Assembly (NCBI GenBank): GCA_051362555.1
Contig: JBPQGU010000016.1
Location: 2,790,001-2,854,000 of the forward strand
Direction: 5' to 3'
Source of the DNA: Lingula anatina
Lineage: Eukaryota; Animalia; Brachiopoda
Length of the DNA: 64,000 bases
The notes under the pieces were generated by a model that worked only from the letters and a program-made list of their open reading frames with translations, ran no database searches and was not told where the DNA came from. Positions 1 to 15,945 of the stretch are shown piece after piece; the stretch's first letter is position 1, and every line of letters starts with the position of its first letter. Both the position numbers and the translations under genes were made by a program.

Positions 1-242
1 ACATCATAATCTTTAACATCATCTATTGAAACAAGAAGATCATTTTTAATAATTTCTTTAGAATATTTTTTTCTTAATTTTTCATATTTTTTTTGATTAT
101 TTATATAATCTTTGTAATTATTTATATCATTATATAAAGTTTCATCTTTTAATGAAATTGGTATATTGTATTTTTTAATTAATACTTTTTTTTTATTTCA
201 TTTAAATTTGTTTTTTAATTTTTGTAAAAATGTAAATTTCAT
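1..242 (-). CDS. Hypothetical Lys-rich protein, 3' end outside the window
   Basis: ATG at 242; frame stays open with TGA=Trp to the window edge (MKFTFLQKLKNKFKWNKKK...). No recognisable motif; it is not S17. Confidence 0.55.
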
Positions 243-296
243 ATCTAATAAATAAAAATTTTGGATTTAAATAAAAATAATTATAAACTAAATTAT

Positions 297-515
297 TTAT
301 TTATTTATTGTTTTATCAATATTTTTATTTAATTCTTTAATTAATGTTGAAACTCTTGCAATATCTTTTTTAATTTTTTTAACTTCTGAATATTTTTGAG
401 TTTTACCAGTTGAAATTTGAAATTTTAAAACAAACAATTTACCATATAAATCATTTAAAATTTCCTTTAATTCTTTAGTACTTTTATTTCTATATTCATT
501 AATAATAATACTCAT
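297..515 (-). CDS. rpmC: 50S ribosomal protein L29
   Basis: LFVLKFQ...KKIKKDIARVST pattern; follows rplP. Confidence 0.93.
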   Translation of the reverse strand: MSIIINEYRNKSTKELKEILNDLYGKLFVLKFQISTGKTQKYSEVKKIKKDIARVSTLIKELNKNIDKTINK

Positions 516-527
516 AACTTTTTATTT

Positions 528-950
528 TTATGTTAATAATTCATTCCCTTTTTTAACAAATCTTCATTTTAATGGAAGTTTGTTACCAGCAGATCTAACT
601 GCTTTTTTTGCTAATTCTTCAGAAATTCCTGCAACTTCAAATATCACTGTTCCCTTTTTAACAACAGCAACTCATTTATCAATAGAACCTTTTCCTGAAC
701 CCATACGTACTTGTGCTGGTTTTGAGGTTTTTGCAAAATGTGGAAAAACTCTAATTCACATTTTTCCATATTTTTTAGTATATTTCATTAATGCAATTCT
801 TGCAGATTCAATTTGATTATTAGTTAATCAATTACCTTCTAAAGATTGTAAACCAAATTCACCAAAAGCAACTGTTTTACATCCTTTTGCTTTTCCTTCA
901 TAACTTACTCTATGTGGTTTTTTTCAAGTTGTTTTTTTTGGTAATAACAT
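528..950 (-). CDS. rplP: 50S ribosomal protein L16
   Basis: [14 protein letters not shown]...IESAR...RMGSGKG; read through TGA. Confidence 0.96.
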
Positions 951-952
951 AA

Positions 953-1594
953 TTAAATAGTAACATTTACCTTTCTATAAACTCAAACTTTAACACCAAT
1001 TGCTCCATAAGTTGTTCTTGCAGTTGAATAACCATAATCTAATGGAATACGTAAAGTTGAAAGTGGCAATTTACCAAATGATTGTGTTGATTTTCTTGCA
1101 ATATCTACACCATTTAATCTTCCACTAACAGTAATTTTAATACCAAAAACACCTAATTTTTGTGCAGTTTTAATTGTATTTTGTAATATTTTTCTATAAT
1201 TTTGTCTATTTCCTATTGCTCTTGCAATATTATTTGCTAAAATTTGTGCATCAAAATCTGGATTTTTTTCTTCAATTAACTTAACTTTAATTACATAAGT
1301 TCTATCAATTAATAATTTTTGAATTCATTTTATAATTTTTTCAATATTTGAACCTTTTTGTCCTAATAAAATCCCAACTTGTGATGTATGTACAAAAATT
1401 CTAATAACATTGTTTTGTCTTTTAATAACAACTTTTGAAATTGAAACATTAGAAAAACGATCTTCAAACATTTTTCTAATTAAATAATCTTCTTTCAATC
1501 ATTTAATTGTTTTTGTTTTATCAGCAACTCATTGAGATCTTCAATTTTGATTTATACCAATTCTTAAACCTATTGGATTTACTTTGTGACCCAT
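953..1594 (-). CDS. rpsC: 30S ribosomal protein S3
   Basis: MGHKVNPIGLRIG start, GRLNGVDIAR, TTYGAIGVKVW. Confidence 0.96.
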
Positions 1595-1962
1595 TATTTT
1601 TTAATCTCCTTTTTTGTTTTTGATTCAACAACTTCATCTGTTAATACAACAGTAATATGTGATGCTCTTTTTCAAACAGGATATGCTGAACCTTTTGCTC
1701 TAGGACGAATTCTTTTTAATTTTCTTCCTTCATTAACAAAAATTTCTTCAATAAATAATGAACTTAAATTCATTTTATGATTATTTGTTGCATTTGAAAT
1801 TGCAGATTTTAATAATTTTAAAACTACAGGAGCAGATCTTTTTTGAGTATTTGAAAGAGTGTTTAAAGCTTTTTCAATATCCATTTTTCTAATTAAATTA
1901 ACTACTAATCTAACTTTTCTTGGTGTAATAGATAAATTTTTTAAATGTGCATAAGCTTTCAT
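1594..1962 (-). CDS. rplV: 50S ribosomal protein L22
   Basis: ITPRKVRLV...IRPRAKG...WKRASHIT. Confidence 0.96.
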
Positions 1963-1963
1963 A

Positions 1964-2230
1964 CTATTTGTTCTTTCCGCTATGACCTCCAAATTTTCTT
2001 GTAGGTGAAAATTCTCCTAATTTATGTCCAACCATATCTTCTGTAACAAATACAGGAATATGACGTTTTCCATTGTGTACTGCAAATGTAAAACCAACAA
2101 ATGATGGAAAAATTGTTGATCTTCTTGATCAAGTTTTTATAACTGTTTTTTTATTTTCAGCTCTTAATTTCTCTACTTTTTTTAAAAGTGATGGAGCTGC
2201 ATATAATCCTTTTTTTAGTGAACGACTCAT
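1964..2230 (-). CDS. rpsS: 30S ribosomal protein S19
   Basis: MSRSLKKG...[10 protein letters not shown]...HNG...[11 protein letters not shown]. Confidence 0.97.
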
Positions 2231-2247
2231 ATTTATATTATTTTACT

Positions 2248-3096
2248 TTATTTTTTAAATTTCCTTGATCTAATAATTAATTTAGTTGAATGTTTTTTCT
2301 TATTTCTTGTTTTAACACCACGTGCTTTTTTACCTCATTTTGTATATGGAGATGGTCTACCAATAGGTGCTTTACCTTCTCCACCACCATGAGGATGATC
2401 ACAAACATTCATTGCAGCACCACGTACAGATGGTCTAATTCCTTTTCATCTATTTCTACCTGCTTTTCCTAAACGAACTAGTCTTAAATCTTCATTTCCT
2501 ACAACACCAATTGTTGCTCTACAATTTTTTAAAACTTTTCTCATTTCTGAAGAACTTAATTTTAAAATAATGTAACGATTAGTATCATCAAAACCAAGAA
2601 TTTGTGCATATGAACCAGCAGATCTTGCTATTTTACCACCTTGACCTGGTCTTAATTCTATATTATGAACTAAAGTACCTTCTGGTATTTGATGTAATGG
2701 CATAGAATTTCCAACTTTAACTGCAACATTTTCATCTGCAGAAACAATTGAATCACCAACTTTTAAACCTTTTGGAAAAATAATATATCTTTTTTCACCA
2801 TCTGGATAATTAATTAAAGAAATAAAACAATTTCTATTTGGATCATATTCAATTGTTGAAACTTTACCAATTATATTAACTTTATTTCTTTTAAAATCTA
2901 TAATTCTATAATATCTTTTTTGTCTTTTTCCTTGATGACGAACACTTATTTGTCCTGTTTTATCACGACCACTATTTTTTTTTAAAAGTTTTAGCAAACT
3001 TTTTTCTGGTTTAGAAGATGTTAAAGTTTTTGTATAATCAATTAAAATTGTATTTCTAGATCCATTGTTTGTTGGTTTTAATTTTTTGATTGCCAT
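2248..3096 (-). CDS. rplB: 50S ribosomal protein L2
   Basis: [29 protein letters not shown]. Confidence 0.98.
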
Positions 3097-3101
3097 AATT
3101 T

Positions 3102-3584
3102 TTATTTATTTTCATCCTCTTTTTTTTGTTTTTTTATAGTTTTTTTAGTATCTAAAGTTGTAAATGATTTTCAATATTTTTTAAATTTATTAAAAACACC
3201 ACCTTCATTTTTTGATTTTGATTTAACATCTGATATTTTTGTTGATTTATCTTTTACTTTAGATTTTATTTCAGCAGCTACTTCTTTAATTTTATTTTCT
3301 TGTTCTTTACTAAATAATGTAAATACTTCACCTTCTTTTAAACTAATAATTGCTTTTTTAACTCTTTTTGTTTTACCTAAATAACGACCAACTCTTCTTT
3401 TTTTTGATTTATTTTTTATTAAATTAACAGAATCTACTTTTTTATCAAAAATAATTTCAAATGATCTTTTAATTTCTAACTTTGTAGCTTGATTATCAAC
3501 AACAAAAACAAATTTATTTAAATCCATCATTTTATATGTTTTTTCAGTAATTATAGGTTTTTTTAATACTTGTGTAATCTTCAT
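3102..3584 (-). CDS. rplW: 50S ribosomal protein L23 with a long Lys-rich C-terminal extension
   Basis: KPIITEK...ATKLEIK...KKAIISL core plus about 65 extra residues; 160 aa. Confidence 0.92.
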
Positions 3585-3591
3585 AATGCTT

Positions 3592-4299
3592 TTATTTTTT
3601 TAATCTTTGTTCAATTTTTTTAAATAATTTTTCAAAAATAATTATTTTTTTAGAATTCAATAAATCAAAAATTGTTAAATTATCAAATGAAACAATTTTA
3701 TAATTTTTCATATTTCTTAAACTTAAAATAATATTTATTTCATCTTTTGGAACAACAAATAAAGTTTTTTGACCTAAAATATTAAAATTTTTTGAAATAT
3801 CTTTAATTAAAGAAGTTGATGGTTTTTCCATTTCAAATTCTTTTAAAGCAATTAACTTATTGTCTACAAAAATTTGATTTAATGTTCCTAAAATTGCTTT
3901 TTTATAAACTTTTTTATTTACTTTTTTTGTATAATTTTCATTTCCAGTTGGACCAAATGTTATACCACCACCACGAAAAATAGGAGAACGAATAGAACCA
4001 GCACGTGCACGACCTGTTCCTTTTTGTTTTCAAGGTTTTTTACCACCACCTGAAACTTCACCACGTTCTTTAACTTTTTTTGTTCCTTGTCTTTTTGCAG
4101 AATTTTCAATATTAACAACAAAAGAAATTAATTCATTTGAAACACTTTGACCTCAAATTTCTTCACTTAATTCAATATTATTTACAATTTTATTTGTTTT
4201 ATCAAAAACATCAATTTTAAATTTATTTTTTGTTTCTGATTTTTCTTTTGTTTTTTTTAAAATTGTTTCTGATTTTTTTGTTACTTCTTTTGTTGTCAT
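3592..4299 (-). CDS. rplD: 50S ribosomal protein L4
   Basis: [28 protein letters not shown]. Confidence 0.97.
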
Positions 4300-4314
4300 A
4301 ATATTAAATTTATT

Positions 4315-5007
4315 CTATTTACTTAATTTACTTTCAATATCTTCTGTTTTTGAATTATCCAATAATTGAAATGGTTTTTTATCTGCAACATTTTTAATTG
4401 AATTTCTAATTAAAATTCAACCATTCTTTGTTCCTGGAACAGAACCCTTTACAACTAAAATTTGTTCTGATTCAATAACTTGAATTATTTCAATATTTTG
4501 AATTGTAGTTCTTTTATTACCTAAACGACCTGGTAAAGGTTGTCCTTTTCAAATTTTATCTGGTCTTGATAAACCAACTGAACCTGGTGCTCTATGATGT
4601 TTAGATCCATGTGTCATTGGACCACGACCAAAATTATGACGTTTTACAACACCTTGAGTTCCTTTACCTTTTGAAATTCCAATTATATCAACAATTTCTC
4701 CAGGTTTAAAAATTGTCAATTCAACTTTATCACCTAAATTAAAATTTTTAACATTTTTAAATTCAAATGTTTTTGAAACAGTTTTAATATTAGATTTTTT
4801 AAAATGATTTACTTGTGGTTTATTAATTTTTGTTTTTGAATCTACACCAACTGATAATTGAACAGCATCATAACCATCTTTTTCAAAAGTTTTTAATTGT
4901 GTAACAAAATTAGGAATAACTTTAATATAAGTTACAGGAATCAATTCTCCGTTTTTAGAGAACAATTGATGCATCATTATTTTTTTTGCTATTAATCCTT
5001 TATTCAT
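4315..5007 (-). CDS. rplC: 50S ribosomal protein L3
   Basis: DGYDAVQL, SKGKGTQGVVKRH, HGSKHHRAPGS. Confidence 0.97.
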
Positions 5008-5012
5008 AATAA

Positions 5013-5303
5013 TTATGTTTTAATTGAAAGACCAACACTTGAAGCAAGTGTAAGTTTTTTTAATTGATCTACTGTTTTTGAATTTGATTTAATAATAATT
5101 AAACGTTTATGTGTTCTACGTTCAAATTGTTCACGTGAATCTTTATGACGTGTAACACCTCTTAAAACTGTAAAAATTTCTTTCTTAGTCGGAAGAGGAA
5201 TCGGTCCTCTTACTTTTGAACCATAACTTTTAGCTATTTTAATAATTTTTTTAACAGCTTCATCTACTGTTTTATGTTCATAACCTCAAATAAAAATTTT
5301 CAT
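5013..5303 (-). CDS. rpsJ: 30S ribosomal protein S10
   Basis: VRGPIPLPTK...KDSREQFERRTHKRL. Confidence 0.97.
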
Positions 5304-5409
5304 AATATATTTTTAAAAAAACCAAATTGACAAAAATTTCATCAATTTTTAAAATTTATTTATTAATATTAATAATACCATAAGTATTTATAAATATTAC
5401 AAAAAATAA

Positions 5410-5760
5410 TTATTTTCAATTTTCAAAATACTTTTTTTCTAATATTTTACTAACAATTTTAGCTGCATTTTCTGGATCATATTCTATAAAAGATTTAACC
5501 TTTTTATTCTTATTTAATATTTCTAAAAACAAAATTGTTTCTTCTTCATTTAATTTAAAAAAAGAACCTCATAATTTTTCATATTTTTTATTTTGTAAAA
5601 TATTTAAAACTTTTACAATAATACCTCATTTTACATTGCTACAATCATTTTCTATTCTACATATTGTAGATTGTGAAATCATTGTTTTTTTTGCTAATTT
5701 TTTTTGAGTTCATCTTCTTTCTAATCTCAATTTATAAATTTTATTTGAAACATAATTCAT
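5410..5760 (-). CDS. XRE/Cro-C1 helix-turn-helix protein
   Basis: IYKLRLERRWTQKKLAKKTMISQSTICRIEN is a typical HTH_3 pattern; 116 aa. Confidence 0.85.
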
Positions 5761-5928
5761 AACATAAATTTCTCACTATTCTTAAAAAATATTTTTTAAT
5801 TTTATTTTCTAACTTTTTATATTAAAATTAAATTATTTTTATATATAAATAATTTAATTTTTTATGAATTTTTAAAAATTTTTTTTACAAATTTTAAAGA
5901 GTTAAAATTAATATTATTTATAAATTAA

Positions 5929-5959
5929 TAAAAAAAGGACCATATAAAATATGGCCCTT
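5929..5959 (-). terminator. Rho-independent terminator after rpoC and the Cys-rich peptide
   Basis: Minus strand AAGGGCCATAT-TTT-ATATGGTCCTT followed by a U run. Confidence 0.8.
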
Positions 5960-6003
5960 ATAAACTAATATTAAAAAAATATTAAAAATAATAACTTAAT
6001 TGA

Positions 6004-6120
6004 TTAACAACAGTTACTACAACATGATGATTTGTCGTCACAACAATCCTCGCATTTTTCACAATCACAAGAACAACATTTACAACAACAACATTTTTTT
6101 GTGTGTTTACTTGTCATCAT
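6004..6120 (-). CDS. Metallothionein-like Cys-rich peptide (38 aa, 15 Cys)
   Basis: MMTSKHTKKCCCCKCCSCDCEKCEDCCDDKSSCCSNCC*; no aromatic residues; lies between the rpoC stop and a terminator. Confidence 0.75.
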   Translation of the reverse strand: MMTSKHTKKCCCCKCCSCDCEKCEDCCDDKSSCCSNCC

Positions 6121-6185
6121 TTAACAAAATAAATCAATTTATTAAACTAATTTATTATTTAACCCCCTCATAAAAAATTATATTA

Positions 6186-9938
<3,753 letters not shown>

Positions 9939-9980
9939 TTTTTATCCTTATTATTTTATTTATAACTTTTTTTTATTTTT

Positions 9981-12900
9981 TTAAACTTTTGTTTTTGATT
10001 TATAAATTATTTCAAAATTTAAACATAAAGCTTTTAATTCCATCATTAAAACATTAAATGATTCTGGGAAATAATCAAATTTATAATTTATTTCATTATC
10101 ATCAATAAATGAACGATAAACTCTATTTCTTCCAATAACATCATCTGATTTAATTGTTAATAATTCACGTAAATTATATGATGCACCATATGATTCAAGA
10201 GCTCAAACTTCCATTTCACCAAATCTTTGTCCACCATTTTGTGCTTTACCTTTTAATGGTTGTTGTGTAATTAATGAATATGGACCAATTTCACGTGCAT
10301 GTAATTTTGTATGAATCATATGTGAAAGTTTCATATAATAAATATATCCTAATGCTACTGGTTGATCAAAAGCATCACCTGTTTCACCATCATAAAGTAT
10401 TTCTTTACCTGTTGGATTTAAATTTGCTTTTTTCATTAATTCTTTTATTTTATCAATCGAAACACCTTCAAATGCTGGTGTTGCAATTTTAATATTTAAT
10501 TTCTTTGCAGCATAACCAAGATGCATTTCTAATAATTGACCAATATTCATACGTGATGGAACACCTAAAGGATTAATCATAATATCAATTGTTGTACCAT
10601 CTTTTAAATATGGCATACTATTTTGTGAAAGTACACGTGAAATAACACCTTTATTTCCATGACGAGAAGCCATTTTGTCACCTTCTTTTAATGAAATTTT
10701 CTTTGAAATATAAACTTTAATAATTTCAATTACTTCTGCAGTTATATTTTCACCAAAATTTTCTTCTTTAAATCTTTCAACTTTTTGTACAATTCCACGA
10801 ACACCATTTGGAACAACTAATGAATTATTTTCAACATTATGTTCTCTTCCTTTAAATAATTGATCTAACAATAAATCTTCAGGAGTTTTTTGTTCTTTTG
10901 CTTTTGGAGTAATTTTACCAACTAAAATATCACCTGGTAAAACTTCAGAACCAACTAAAACAATACCATCTTCATCTAATAAACGACGTGAATATTTACT
11001 TGTATTAACAATTTCATTTGTAAATTCTTCATTTCCTAATTTTGTTCTTAAACGACGAATTTCATATTCTTCAATATGAATAGATGTAAATAAATCATCA
11101 CGTACTAATCTATCTGAAACAATTAATGCATCTTCATAGTTATAACCTTTTCATGTCATAAATGCAACTAATAAATCATTACCTAAAGCTAATTCACCAT
11201 TTTCCATTGCACAACTATCTGCAATTACTTGTCTTTTTTTAATTTTTTCACCTTTTTTTACTAATGCACGATGAAAAATAACAGTTTGTTGGTTTGATGG
11301 TAAAAAATCATACAAAATATATTCTACAATTTTATTTGATTTATCACCTAATACTTTAATTATTTGCGAATCAACATATTCAACAATACCATCTTCTTTT
11401 GCTAAAATTGAAAATCCTGAATCTCTTGCAATAATTCTTTCTGTACCTGTTCCAATTAATGGTGAATGTGCATTAATTACAGGAACTGCTTGTTTTTGCA
11501 TGTTAGCACCCATTAAAGCACGATTTGCTTCATTATTTTCCAAAAATGGAATATTTGCTGTACTAATTGAAAACATTTGTTCAGATGAAAAACCAAGATA
11601 TTCAATTTCTTTTGAATCTACTTGTAATAAATTATCATGGAAATAAATACTTACTTTATCAGCAATAATATTTAAATCTTTATCAACTTCAGTAATTGAT
11701 GGAGCAATTAATTTATCTGTTTCATCAACAGCAGATAAATAAACAATTTCACCAGTTAATTTACCATCTACAACTTTTCAATATGGAGTTTCAATAAATT
11801 TATTTTCATTAATTCTTGCAAAAAATGAAAGATTTATAATTAAACCAATATTTGGACCTTCTGGTGTTTCAATTGGACAAATTTTTCCAAAATATGAATA
11901 ATGAACGTCACGAACTTTTGCAGAAGCTGACTCTCTTTTTAAACCACCTTCTCCTAAAACAGTAACACGTCTTTTATTTGAAAGTTCAGTTAATGGATTT
12001 GTTTGATCCAAAAATTGTGATAATTGTGAAACATTAAAAAATTCTCTTGAACCATTAATTAAAGGTCCAGAATTAATTAAACGAGCAATTTTTTCATTAA
12101 AATCAGAAATTGTTAAATTATTTAATTTTTGTAAAGTTTCATCTCTAACTTTTCTTAAACCTTGGTTAAATACATCTTCTAATAATTCATCAATTAAATG
12201 AACATTTCTATTTTCAAGTGAATCAATATCATCTAATGAACCTACACCAAATTCTAAATTAATAATATATGAAATAATTGCAAAAATATCTGCAATATTT
12301 AATAATTCTTCATTACATTGTGGATCAATACCAATCAAATTAATTTCTTCATTTTGTAAATAATTATTTTTATATACTTTAACTGTTTGAATTTTTTTAT
12401 TTCCTGGAACTTTTACATCTTTATTATTTTTTAAAGTAACAATATTATTATTGTTTCTTAAAAAAAAATCTCTTAATTTTTGTAAATTTGATTTATTAAT
12501 TAAAGTTCCTTTTGTAAAACAAATTTCATTTGTTTTTGAATCAATTAAATCTTGTGCCAAAACACGTTTATAAAGCATATTTGCTAAAAATAATTTATGA
12601 TTTAATTTATAACGACCAATTTTATGTAAAAAGAATTTTTTTTCACCAAAAATTGAATCAGAAATAAATTTAAATTTATTTTCTAATGAATCACTTAAAC
12701 TATTTGTTAATTTTGAAAAAGTTTTTTTAATTGAATCTTCTCTTTTTAAAACATAAACATTTTCTTTATATGAATTTAATAATAATTCTGAATTAGTAAA
12801 TAAACTTAAAATATAATCTTTTTCAAAACCAAAAATATTAAATAAATTAGAAATTAATATATTATTTGTTTTTACTTTATTTAATACTATTTCTAAACAT

Positions 12901-13685
12901 GGACTAATATTAATATTTAAATCTTTATCTTTTGATTTATATATTTTTGTATTAATATTAATTCATGTACCTTTTTTAGGAATTATTTCAGCACCATAAG
13001 TATCTAAATTTTCAATCACATTTGTTTTTGAATAAAAAACACCAGGAGCACGTGTTAATTGCAAAACAACAACTTTTTCAATACCATTAATTAAAAATGT
13101 ACCTTTTTCTGAAATCATTGGATAACTATTAAAATAAATAGTTTTTTCTTTAATAATTTTAAAATCAATAAACAAAAAGTCTTGCATTTTTTTAGTTAAA
13201 ATAATATGAATATCAAGTTTTTCTGTTTTATCTGATGAAAAACCAATAAAATGAAATTCTGTTTGTTCTTTATTAGATTTAAATAAAGATGGTTTTAAAA
13301 CAGAAATTTTCTCTTCTAATCATTTTATTAATGCTTCTTCAATACTTTTAAAAATTTTAAAATTAATTTTCTCTTGTTTATAATTAATAATTAATTCTAA
13401 AGTTAAATTAATTGGAAATTGATAAGAACCTAATTTTGTTTTAACTTCTTCAAAAGTTTTTTCTGGTTTACCAATTTTAATTTTTTTTAAGTTTAAAATT
13501 ATATTTTCATTTTTTGAAATAAAAGGAAAATTTTCTTTAAAAATCTTTTTAATTTTAAAATTATAGAATAAATTAAAACTTGTTAAACTTATTTCATTAA
13601 GATTTTGATTTTTTACTTTATCTTTTTCTAAATTTTTAATTGAAAAATTTGTTAATTTATCTGAAAAAATATATCTTCTTTGCAC
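9981..13685 (-). CDS. rpoB: RNA polymerase beta subunit (GTG start uncertain)
   Basis: CPIETPEGPNIG, GDKMASRHGNKG, GQRFGEMEVWAL. Confidence 0.97.
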
Positions 13686-13763
13686 AATATTTATTTTTAT
13701 ATTTCTAGTTAATTAAATATTATATATTATTTTTAATTTAATAAATAAAAATTTAAATAATAA

Positions 13764-14480
13764 TTAAATTTCAAGTAATTCCTTTATCATTTGATAGTTT
13801 GTTTTTTCTGTATCAATTTTTATATTTTTTTTAATTTTTGAATCATGAATTCAAACAATTCTATTACATAAGTTAACAACTTCATTATGCATATCATGAG
13901 TTACAATTAAAATTGTAATTTTATGTTCTTTATTCATTTTTTTTAAAAAAAACTTTAATTTTTCTTTTGTTTCTGGATCAATATGATTTGAAAATTCATC
14001 TAATAAAAAAATATCTGAATTTTCTAAAAACGTTAAAAATAAACCAACTTTTTGTTTTTGACCACCAGAAAGTACTTTCATTTTTAAATCAAATATTTCA
14101 TTAATTCTTAAAATTTCTTTTAATTCTTTAATAATTTCAATTCTTTTAGGATTAATTTGATTTTTAAAAAGATTTATTAAATCTTTTACTTTAAAAAAAT
14201 TAATAAAATTTTGTTCTTGAAATAATAAACTCATTCTTTCACTAAAATGATTTTTATAATTAAAATGATAATTTATTTTTCCTTTATCAATTGTATACAT
14301 TCCAACAATTGTTTTAATTAATGTTGTTTTACCTGCACCATTATCACCAATTATTGCTATTACATCATTTTTATAAATATTTAATGAAATATCATTTAAT
14401 ATTGTTTTATTATCTGAATATTTAAATAAATTTTTTATTTCTATTAAAATATTTTTTTCTTTATTTATTAAATTTTCCAT
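13764..14480 (-). CDS. ABC transporter ATP-binding protein
   Basis: Walker A GDNGAGKT, LSGGQ signature, LLDE, VTHD. Confidence 0.93.
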
Positions 14481-14492
14481 AATATTTAATTT

Positions 14493-15359
14493 TTACTTAT
14501 ATTTTTTAAATAAACTTTTAAAAAATCATTTTGTATCTTTTCTTCCAATTGGTTTTATAAAAGTAAAAAACATTAAAACAATTATTCAAACAATAGGCAT
14601 AATAATATATTTTACTTTCTCTAATTTTGTTAATTTTATTCAATAATTTGTATTTGAAAATATAACAATATTAATTAATTCATTAATTGAATAAGTTGGC
14701 ATTAAATAAAAAAATACATGATATATTCAATAATAATTACCATCTTTTTCATTTATATTCAAAATCAAATAAGAAAAAAGAAACATTAAAACAAATGGCA
14801 TAATAAGCATTAAAATACATACTAAAATTAATGTTGAATTCTTTGAAATTCAATTATAAAAAAAAGATGAAATTAAAGATATTATAAAAAAATAAATAAA
14901 ATACAAAATAAAAAACAATGGATTAGATATAACATTTAAAAAAACAGTTGTATCTTTATTAAAGGTTTTAAGTAATATAAAAATAATTAATGTTTGTATT
15001 AAAAAAACAATAATTAAAATAGGTAAAAATGTAAAAATTGGTAATATATTTTTAATTCTAAACTTATTTGAAATTAAATTTTTTGAAATAAATGTTATTT
15101 TTTTTACTGAAATTATAATAGGTGTTAATAAAAAATAATTTAGAATTAATATTAAAAAAAATGATCAAGAAAACAATATATTAATTAAATATAAACTTAT
15201 AATTTTATTATTTTTTGTAGGAGTATATTTTATAAGAATATGTGATACAATTGAAAATAAAATTAAAGTTATTAAAATAAAAATTCATGTTTTTAATTGT
15301 TTTATTAATGTTAAATTAATAATTTTAAAATATAGTTTGTTATTTTGAATAAAATTCAT
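14493..15359 (-). CDS. Multi-pass membrane protein, probable ABC exporter permease
   Basis: About 6 hydrophobic segments; immediately upstream of the ABC ATPase. Confidence 0.75.
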
Positions 15360-15414
15360 GTTTTTTAAATATATTAAATCATTAAATTATATTTAAAAAT
15401 AAAAATTTTTGAAA

Positions 15415-15491
15415 TGGTCGGAAAGACAAGACTCTAACTTGCGATCTCTCGGTCCCAAACCGAGTGCTTTATACATCTAAGCTACTTTCCG
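15415..15491 (-). tRNA. tRNA-Pro(TGG)
   Basis: Cloverleaf CGGAAAG...CTCGG-TTTGGGA-CCGAG...CTTTCCG-A-CCA. Confidence 0.93.
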
Positions 15492-15572
15492 TAAAATATT
15501 ATATTTAAATAAATAGGTAAAACAATAATCAATAAATAAAATTCTTTTTATTTATACTAAATAAATAAAAAG

Positions 15573-15644
15573 TGGTACATACGCGGAATCGGACCGCGGT
15601 CTCCAAGCAAAGCTTGGTATACTGCCACTATAATATATGTACCA
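15573..15644 (-). ncRNA. tRNA-like RNA with a collapsed anticodon loop (atypical or pseudo-tRNA)
   Basis: GTACATA/TATGTAC acceptor, D loop AGTGGCA, CCAAG-CTTTG-CTTGG arm, CGCGG-TCCGATT-CCGCG T arm; inside the tRNA cluster. Confidence 0.7.
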
Positions 15645-15709
15645 TAAAATTAATATATCACAATTTAATTAATATTATTTAATAAAATTAAATTATAAAT
15701 AGATTAAAA

Positions 15710-15783
15710 TGGTGGACCTGACCAGAATTGAACTGGCGTCTCCTGAGTGCAAGTCAAGTATTCTACCACTAAACTACAAGCCC
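15710..15783 (-). tRNA. tRNA-Ala(TGC)
   Basis: Anticodon loop CTTGCAC, G3:U70 identity pair, A73, encoded CCA. Confidence 0.93.
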
Positions 15784-15793
15784 AAAAATTAAA

Positions 15794-15869
15794 TGGAGGT
15801 ACTGATTGGATTCGAACCAACGCGTAGAAGTTTTGCAGACTTCTGCCTTAACCACTTGGCTACAGTACC
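15794..15869 (-). tRNA. tRNA-Cys(GCA)
   Basis: Anticodon loop CTGCAAA, U73, encoded CCA. Confidence 0.95.
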
Positions 15870-15945
15870 AAATACAACTTTTTAAAATTGTAAATATGAT
15901 ACTAATTATTATTATTTTATATTAAAAATAATTTAAGTATTTTTT

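Noticed and set aside
11940-12030. RpoB rifampicin-pocket change (ELSNKRR, His to Asn)
   Set aside because: Known Mollicute feature linked to intrinsic rifampicin resistance; not novel.
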